Source of the DNA: Bacillales bacterium UBA3375 | GTDB taxonomy: Bacteria; Bacillota_I; Bacilli_A; UBA3375 | Reading direction: 5' to 3' | Length of the DNA: 24,000 nt | Assembly: GCA_002359095.1 (NCBI GenBank) | Contig: DEQD01000035.1 | Coordinates: 17,440 to 41,439 of the forward strand | Shown here: piece after piece, positions 18,018-24,000 of the stretch | How positions within the stretch are numbered: position 1 is the stretch's first letter | Layout: each line of letters begins with the position of its first letter | Position numbers and translations under genes: made by a program | The notes under the pieces: generated by a model | The model's database searches: none | Told to the model about the DNA's origin: nothing | What the model saw: only the letters and a program-made list of their open reading frames with translations

Positions 18018-18400
18018 TGAGTAATAAAGTACATGGGCGTACTAAAGCCCGTGAAGGTGCAATTAAATCTTTGTATCAAATGCGTTATTTAAATGATGTT
18101 GATAAATGTTTGACTAATGACAAACTAGCTAATAATTATGTTGAAGGTGTAATTAAGCATCAAGGTGAAATTGATGCTTTAATTACTCCTAATTTAAAAA
18201 AGGGATGGAGAATTGAGCAACTAAATCCGGTGGATTTATCAATTCTTCGTCTTGCTATTTATGAATTAAAATACGAAGATACACCACCAGCAGTTGTGGT
18301 TAATGAAGCTTTAGAATTAGCTAAAAAGTTTAGCTCAACTGAAGCTAAAAACTTTATTCATCATACACTTGATGTAGTTAGTAAGGAAATCAATGAATAA
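18017..18400 (+). CDS. nusB: Transcription antitermination factor NusB
   Basis: GRTKAREGAIKSLYQMRYL, RLNPVDLSILRLAIYEL-like motif (EQLNPVDLSILRLAIYELKY), PPAVVVNEALELAKKFSSTEAKNFIHHTLD. Confidence 0.92.
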   Translation: MSNKVHGRTKAREGAIKSLYQMRYLNDVDKCLTNDKLANNYVEGVIKHQGEIDALITPNLKKGWRIEQLNPVDLSILRLAIYELKYEDTPPAVVVNEALELAKKFSSTEAKNFIHHTLDVVSKEINE

Positions 18401-19664
18401 AACAGAGATTAATTTAACTCCATCAGCAATTAATAAATACATAAAAACACTACTTGAAAATAATGAATATCTCTCTTATATTAAAATAGAAGGAGAGATA
18501 TCTAATTTTAAAACAAGTAGTGGTAATTTTTATTTTTCTATCAAGGATGATGAAGGACAGGTAAGTTGTTCGATGTGGAAGAGTTTAGCTGATAAACTAG
18601 ACTTTGAACCTAAAGATGGGATGCAGGTAGTACTTAGAGCTAAAATATATCACAATATTAAAAGCGGATATTTTAGTTTTAATGTTCAAAGTATGAAAGA
18701 ATCCGGAGAAGGAAGTCTAAAACGTCAATTTGAAGCATTAAAACTAAAACTAGAAACAATGAGGTTGTTTGATGAAGAAAATAAACAACCGCTAAAAGAT
18801 TATTATCAAAAAATTGCTCTAGTTACAGCCCCAACATCAGCAGCTATAAAAGATATGCTTACGACAATAAAAAGAAGAAATCCGCTTGCTGATGTAGTTA
18901 TTGTTCCTTGTATTGTTCAAGGAGAACGAGCTAAAGCATCAATTGTAAACGCAATTAAACTTGTAAATGAACAAAATCTAGCTGATGTAATGATTGTTGG
19001 TCGTGGTGGTGGTAGCATTGAAGATCTGTGGGCATTTAATGAAGAAGAAGTAGCTATAGCTACTTATGAGAGTAAAATCCCGATAGTTAGTTGTGTTGGG
19101 CATGAAACTGATACAACAATTATTGATTATGTATCAGATAAAAGAGCACCAACTCCGACAGCCGCTGCTGAGTTTGTTACCCCAAATATCTTTGAATGGC
19201 AAGAAGATATCGATAACAATATTAAACGAATGGCTTATGATTTAAAACAAAAAATAGAATATAACAAACAATCATTACAACATCTATGTAGTAATCAATA
19301 CTTTCAATATCCATTTTTAAATCAAGCGTTTGAATTGGATTATCTGACTAATACTTTAAAAATGATTGGTAGAAATCAAGAAAATGTTATTAACCATAAC
19401 CAAGAAAAGTTAAAACAACTATCTATTAATTTATTAGAGAAAATAAATTACAAAATTAATAATGAAAAGAAAATTGTTAATAACATGCATGATAATTTAG
19501 ATAATCTAAATCCGCTATCAATTTTATCACGAGGATATAGTGTAACTAAATGTGGTGATAAAATTGTAAACTCAATTAAGCAAGTTAATGTTAATGATCA
19601 AATTAATATTGAATTAAAAGATGGGATAATTAATACGAAAGTAGTTGGTAAACATGAAAAATAA
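18393..19664 (+). CDS. xseA: Exodeoxyribonuclease VII large subunit
   Basis: OB-fold IEGEISNFKTSSGNFYFSIKDDEGQVSCSMWK, VVGRGGGSIEDLWAFNEEEVA-type motif, SCVGHETDTTIIDYVSDKRAPTPTAAAE, LNPLSILSRGYSV. Confidence 0.95.
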   Translation: MNKTEINLTPSAINKYIKTLLENNEYLSYIKIEGEISNFKTSSGNFYFSIKDDEGQVSCSMWKSLADKLDFEPKDGMQVVLRAKIYHNIKSGYFSFNVQSMKESGEGSLKRQFEALKLKLETMRLFDEENKQPLKDYYQKIALVTAPTSAAIKDMLTTIKRRNPLADVVIVPCIVQGERAKASIVNAIKLVNEQNLADVMIVGRGGGSIEDLWAFNEEEVAIATYESKIPIVSCVGHETDTTIIDYVSDKRAPTPTAAAEFVTPNIFEWQEDIDNNIKRMAYDLKQKIEYNKQSLQHLCSNQYFQYPFLNQAFELDYLTNTLKMIGRNQENVINHNQEKLKQLSINLLEKINYKINNEKKIVNNMHDNLDNLNPLSILSRGYSVTKCGDKIVNSIKQVNVNDQINIELKDGIINTKVVGKHEK

Positions 19665-20547
19665 ACAAAAGAATATTTTTATCGTTTTAACTTTATTAGT
19701 TTTAACAATAATAGGTGTTATTACAATAAATAAAGTTAAATTAAGTAGAGTAAGTGATTTTGAAGTAAACTCAGAAATCATTGAAGAAGTACTACCTCCA
19801 CCTAGTAGTTATCATAACCGATAGCATTTAGATATTAAAAAATATATTCAAACAAAAATGCGTGAGAATAATCTTAATCAAAATAACTTTAGATTTTTCT
19901 TTAAAAATGTTGAGACTAATGCTTATTATTACTATAATTGTGATGATATTTTTACAGCTGCATAACAATTAAAGTACCTGTTGCTATGTATTATTTAATA
20001 AGAGAAGGTAAAATTAATTTAGATACAACTATAGTAGCAACAAGTGAAGATTTTAAAGAAGGTGGAAATATTTATACAAAATACCAACTAGGAAGTAATG
20101 TGTCTATTGAAAACTACTTTATGAAGTTATTGTTAATAGTGATAATACAGCACTAAATATGCTTGCTAGAAATGTAGGATATACAAATCTTAAACAAGCA
20201 ATTAAGAAGTATTCTGATGTAGAACTACCAAGTAGTTTTGATTCTTAAAACGTTGTAAGTGTTAATTATTATCTTGATGTTCTTGATTATTTACTTACTC
20301 ATGAAAAAGATTATGAAACATTAATTACTCATATGAAACAAAGTAGTAATTATGAATATCTAAAATCTTATATTGATTATGATGTAGCACACAAGTATGG
20401 GTTATATGCTGGTAATGTCCATGATTATGGTATTGCTATGGGGATGATAAATATTTAATAGCAGCGTTTACTACTAATGTAAGTGATGCTCAAAATTTAA
20501 TAGCACAAATTAGAAAAGATGTAGTAGACATCGAAGAAGGAGAATAA
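19654..20547 (+). pseudogene. Degraded class A beta-lactamase-like/PBP-like serine hydrolase with N-terminal membrane anchor
   Basis: Conceptual repair gives MKNKQKNIFIVLTLLVLTIIGVITINK...PPPSSYHNR*HLDIKKYI...DIFTAA(S)TIKVPVAMYYLIREGKINLD...SNVSIENYF(Y)EVIVNSDNTALNMLARNVG...PSSFDS*NVVSVNYYLDVLDYLL...YDVAHKYGLYAGNVHDYGIAMG(D)DKYLIAAFTTNVSD. SxxK, SDN and KxG-like elements are in order. Stops at 19822-19824 and 20246-20248, frameshifts near 19963, 20118-20120 and 20441-20443. Confidence 0.85.
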
Positions 20548-20771
20548 TGAATTTAACATATGAAGAAGCTTATAAAAAATTATCTATGATTGTTGATAAA
20601 TTACAACAAGATTCTACAAGTTTAGATGAATCAATTGAATTGTTTAAAGAAGGAGTAGAATTACAAAAACACTGTGCTAAGTTGTTAGAAGAAGCTGAAG
20701 AGAAAGTAGCACAAGTAATTAAAGAAGATGGAAGTATTGAGGAGTTTATCCATGAAAGAGATGAAAAATAA
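20547..20771 (+). CDS. xseB: Exodeoxyribonuclease VII small subunit
   Basis: TYEEAYKKLSMIVDKLQQDSTSLDESIELFKEGVELQKHCAKLLEEAEEKV. Confidence 0.94.
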   Translation: MNLTYEEAYKKLSMIVDKLQQDSTSLDESIELFKEGVELQKHCAKLLEEAEEKVAQVIKEDGSIEEFIHERDEK

Positions 20772-21786
20772 AACTAAAATAATTATAGGAACAATAATAA
20801 TTTTAATAGCAGGTTTTGTAAGTTATAAAGTGATTAATAATGCTATTCCAGGAGAAACAATATATATTAGTGTATCTCAAGGAGATAGTGTTAGTGAAGT
20901 AGCAGATCAGGTAGTAGCTAAAGGTGCTAAAGTAAGTTATGATCGATTATATAAAGAATTTATTAAACAAGAAGCTACTATTTATCCTAATGATTATGAA
21001 ATTAATACTAAGATGAGTGCAAAAGAAATAGTTAGTATTTTATCAAATCCTCAAAGTAATATTACAGGTGAGAATCTAGTTATTATTGAGGGAGATAATA
21101 TTGAAAATGTTGCAAACAATGTTGCTAGTAAAAGTAATAATCGATTTAGTAAAGAAGAAGTATTAGCATATTGGGATAATAAAGACACGTTAAATACTTT
21201 AATTGATAAATATTGGTTTTTAGATGAAACGTTATTGGATGAAAATATTATTCATCCATTAGAAGGATATTTTGCACCAGCTACATATACTCTAACACCT
21301 GATTATACAATTGAAGAATTAACTACTAAGTTTTTAGATGCAATGGAAACTAATTTAGAACCTTATAAAGAAGTTAGTAGTAGAAATGATTTAACAATTA
21401 ATCAAATGGTTACTTTAGCTAGTATTGTCGAACGTGAAACAATGACAAAAGAGGATAAGTATAAAGTGGCAGGAGTTTTTTATAATCGTTTAGAACAAGG
21501 AATGCCACTTCAGAGTGATATTACAGTTCTTTATGCTCTTGGAGAACACAAAGAAATAGTAACATATGAAGATTTAGAAGTAGATTCTTTATATAATACT
21601 TATAAATATACAGGTATACCAATAGCACCTGTTGCTATGGTTAGTAAAGATAGTTTAGAAGCAGTTGCTAATCCACAAGATAATGATTATCTATATTTCT
21701 TTGCAAAACAACATACAGGTGAAATTATTTATTCTAAAACTTTAGAAGAACATAAGAAAGTAAGTGAAGAAAATGCGTGGGAATAA
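20752..21786 (+). CDS. mltG: Endolytic transglycosylase MltG (YceG-like); likely start ATG 20752 rather than the track's 20728
   Basis: N-terminal TM, then LEGYFAPATYTL, LASIVERETM...VAGVFYNRLEQGMPLQSDITVLYAL, YLYFFAKQHTGEIIYSKTLEEH. GAGGAG Shine-Dalgarno before ATG 20752. Confidence 0.88.
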   Translation: MKEMKNKTKIIIGTIIILIAGFVSYKVINNAIPGETIYISVSQGDSVSEVADQVVAKGAKVSYDRLYKEFIKQEATIYPNDYEINTKMSAKEIVSILSNPQSNITGENLVIIEGDNIENVANNVASKSNNRFSKEEVLAYWDNKDTLNTLIDKYWFLDETLLDENIIHPLEGYFAPATYTLTPDYTIEELTTKFLDAMETNLEPYKEVSSRNDLTINQMVTLASIVERETMTKEDKYKVAGVFYNRLEQGMPLQSDITVLYALGEHKEIVTYEDLEVDSLYNTYKYTGIPIAPVAMVSKDSLEAVANPQDNDYLYFFAKQHTGEIIYSKTLEEHKKVSEENAWE

Positions 21787-22210
21787 AATATTAATTATCA
21801 ATGGACCAAATATTAATTGTCTTAAATTTAGAGAAGATATTTATCCTAATGAGTTTAGTTATGATGAATTTATTAACATATTAAAAAAAGAAGATAATGA
21901 TTTAGAATTTTATCAATCTAATCACGAAGGAGAGATAATTGATAAGATTCAAAGTCTAATTAATGATAATCGATACTGTGGGTTAATTATTAATCCTGGA
22001 GGATATACGCATTATTCTATTTCAATATTAGATGCATTATACCTAATTAATGATATCACTAAAGTTGAGGTTCACTTTAGTGATATTACAAAAAGAGAAG
22101 ATTATCGTAACTATAGCATCACTAAAGATGGAGTTGATAAAGTTTTTATGGGTGAAGGGATTAATTCATATATTAAAGCTATTAAATATATAGAAATCAA
22201 GGAGAAAATC
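21773..22210 (+). CDS. aroQ: Type II 3-dehydroquinate dehydratase domain, N-terminal part of an uninterrupted AroQ-Gmk ORF (21773-22777)
   Basis: ILIINGPNIN, YQSNHEGEIIDKIQ, LIINPGGYTHYSISILDAL, VEVHFSDITKREDYRNYSIT. No stop codon before the Gmk domain. The track start at 21764 is GTG. Confidence 0.88.
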
Positions 22211-22777
22211 ATGAGTAGAGGTAAATTAATTGTAATTTCTGGACCTAGTGGAGTTGGTAAAGGTACTATTAGAGAAAATATGGAATTTAAAGATTATGTA
22301 TATAGTATTTCATCAACTACTAGAAATGCAAGACCAGGTGAAGAAAATGGTCGTGAATATTATTTTATTTCAAAGGATAAATTTGAAGAAAAAATCAAAA
22401 ATGATGAAATGTTAGAATATGCTGAGTTTGTGGGAAATTATTATGGTACTGATAAAAAAGTAGTAGAACAATTACTAGATGAAGGTAAAAACGTATTATT
22501 AGAAATTGAATGTAATGGAGCTATGCAGGTTATTAAAAAAATACCAGAAGCTATTTCTATTTTTATTCTACCTCCAAGTATTGAAGAATTAGAAAATAGA
22601 TTACGTACTCGTGGTACAGAAAAAGAAGATGTTATTAGCTTACGTATTAATAAAGCAAGTGAAGAAATTGGTTATAAAGATGAATATAAATATCAAGTAA
22701 TTAATGATGATGTTCTTCGTGCTAGTAAAGAAATAGATAATATATTATTTACTAATTGTGGAGGAGAACATGAGTAA
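22211..22777 (+). CDS. gmk: Guanylate kinase (C-terminal domain of the AroQ-Gmk ORF and/or independently initiated)
   Basis: MSRGKLIVISGPSGVGKGTI, SISSTTRNARPGEENGREYYF, YAEFVGNYYGT, PPSIEELENRLRTRGTE. AAGGAG at 22199-22204, 6 nt before an in-frame ATG. Confidence 0.93.
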   Translation: MSRGKLIVISGPSGVGKGTIRENMEFKDYVYSISSTTRNARPGEENGREYYFISKDKFEEKIKNDEMLEYAEFVGNYYGTDKKVVEQLLDEGKNVLLEIECNGAMQVIKKIPEAISIFILPPSIEELENRLRTRGTEKEDVISLRINKASEEIGYKDEYKYQVINDDVLRASKEIDNILFTNCGGEHE

Positions 22778-23387
22778 TTTAAAAAAATATTCTTTAATTG
22801 CAATATCAATAATTATGTTGATTCTTGATATTACAATTAATAAAGATATTAGCATATCCATGTTAACAATTTTAATATCTTTATCTTTAATTAAAAGAAA
22901 TATTGTTTTATATGTAGCGTTATTATTTGTATTCTTACAAATTAGTGATCAAATATTAACGAGAAATATGAGTATATTATCAGTTTTAAATGGATTAATA
23001 TTTTGTTATTTGATTTATATTAATTGGTCTAATATGGAAGGAAAAACATTTAATCGTTGGCGTGATACCAATATTAAATCAATGATTATTTTATCTGCTA
23101 TATTACAATGTATTATGTTAATTCCAACTATATTAATTACTAATATTGATTGGTTAAATATACTTGCTTTTGCATTAACTTGGATGAGTTCGATGGCTTT
23201 ATTTATTGGTTTTTTCTTCTTTTGTATTAGAAGTACTAAAACTTTTAATTGGTATTTGATTGCTGGAGGATTAATGATAATAGAAGTTATCTTTAACTTT
23301 CTTATCTTTAACTCGATTAATATATCAAGTCTAATAATGGCTTTATTATTTATTTTATTTAATGCAGTTATTGTGATAAAAAAATAA
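22770..23387 (+). CDS. Hypothetical multi-pass membrane protein (likely start ATG 22770)
   Basis: About 206 aa and strongly hydrophobic with several TM segments. GGAGGA Shine-Dalgarno lies in the gmk 3' end and the start overlaps the gmk stop. Confidence 0.65.
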   Translation: MSNLKKYSLIAISIIMLILDITINKDISISMLTILISLSLIKRNIVLYVALLFVFLQISDQILTRNMSILSVLNGLIFCYLIYINWSNMEGKTFNRWRDTNIKSMIILSAILQCIMLIPTILITNIDWLNILAFALTWMSSMALFIGFFFFCIRSTKTFNWYLIAGGLMIIEVIFNFLIFNSINISSLIMALLFILFNAVIVIKK

Positions 23388-23414
23388 GCGACTAATTATA
23401 GTCACTTATTTTTT
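23379..23414. terminator. Bidirectional terminator between convergent array 2 and plsY
   Basis: AAAAAATAAG-C-GACTA / ATTA loop / TAGTC-A-CTTATTTTTT stem with one mismatch and A/T tracts on both sides. Confidence 0.8.
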
Positions 23415-24000
23415 ACATCCATGTTATTTTTCTCTCTGTACCATTGATAATTCTTTTGATATTAGAACGGTGTAAATAGATTACAGCTAAGTTAATTACA
23501 AATACAAATAGAGCTCCGACATAATCTTTAATCATAAGAAGTAGTGCAGCATATACAAAGATTGCTAAAATTGAAGATAGGGAAACATATTTAGATATTT
23601 TTAAAATAATTAAGAATGAAGTAATTGCAATTAATGCAAAGATAAAATTATAAGTTAGAGCAAATCCAAAGCAAGTTGCAATTCCTTTTCCCCCTTTAAA
23701 CTTAATAAAAATACTAAAGGCATGACCTAAAACGGCAAATGGAAAGACAATTAATGGATTTAATCCTAAGTATTTAGATACTAATACAGCTATAGCCCCT
23801 TTAGACATATCTAAAATAAAACATAAGATAAAAGATTTTTTACCTGTTGCTCTTCCTAAGTTAGAACCACCTATGTTTCCACTTCCAAAGTTTAATAAAT
23901 CTACTCCATGATGTTTAGCTATAAGTAAAGCAAAAGGAATAGAACCATAAAAATAACAACCTAGACAAACTACTAGATATAGAAAAATTTCATGTTGCAT
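23413..24000 (-). CDS. plsY: Glycerol-3-phosphate acyltransferase PlsY
   Basis: YGSIPFALLIAK, NFGSGNIGGSNLGRATG, GHAFSIFIKFKGGKGIAT, HRSNIKRIINGTE. The start ATG falls exactly at the window edge. Confidence 0.94.
   Translation of the reverse strand: MQHEIFLYLVVCLGCYFYGSIPFALLIAKHHGVDLLNFGSGNIGGSNLGRATGKKSFILCFILDMSKGAIAVLVSKYLGLNPLIVFPFAVLGHAFSIFIKFKGGKGIATCFGFALTYNFIFALIAITSFLIILKISKYVSLSSILAIFVYAALLLMIKDYVGALFVFVINLAVIYLHRSNIKRIINGTERKITWM

Noticed and set aside
19822-19965. Possible stop-codon recoding or alternative genetic code to explain TAG/TAA inside the serine-hydrolase gene
   Set aside because: Other CDS in the window end normally and use TGG for Trp. The locus needs frame changes as well as stop read-through, which fits pseudogene decay better.
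1-24000. CRISPR arrays, toxin-antitoxin pairs, prophage, transposons or defence islands
   Set aside because: No direct-repeat/spacer pattern, transposase, integrase or recognisable defence gene was seen on either strand. The window is dominated by core genes.

Overview
This is a dense, AT-rich, mostly co-directional housekeeping region from a low-GC Firmicute (Bacilli/Erysipelotrichia-like by gene content; that placement is inference). It uses the standard code. Array 1 (about 1-12184, +) encodes an M42 aminopeptidase fragment, a membrane-anchored hypothetical, YtpR, MurC, HprK, Lgt, PlsX, RNase III, DAHP synthase, a YhgE/Pip membrane protein, AroB, AroA and a TDT-family transporter. It ends at a hairpin terminator shared with an antisense tRNA-His. 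Two monocistronic transport genes follow: an APC permease and a PTS glucose/GlcNAc-type IICB with a consensus-perfect cre site at its promoter. A FemABX-like gene comes next. Array 2 (17179-23387, +) encodes EF-P, a small hypothetical, NusB, XseA, a decayed class A beta-lactamase-like serine hydrolase pseudogene, XseB, MltG, AroQ joined in frame to Gmk, and a hydrophobic membrane protein. It converges on plsY (-). I found no CRISPR array, transposase, phage module or recognisable defence system. The most notable observations are: (1) type II 3-dehydroquinate dehydratase (AroQ) and guanylate kinase (Gmk) lie in one uninterrupted ORF with a strong internal Shine-Dalgarno and ATG at the junction, so both fused and standalone Gmk could be made; (2) a multiply disrupted serine-hydrolase gene sits between xseA and xseB, with a frameshift exactly in its catalytic SxxK serine codon.
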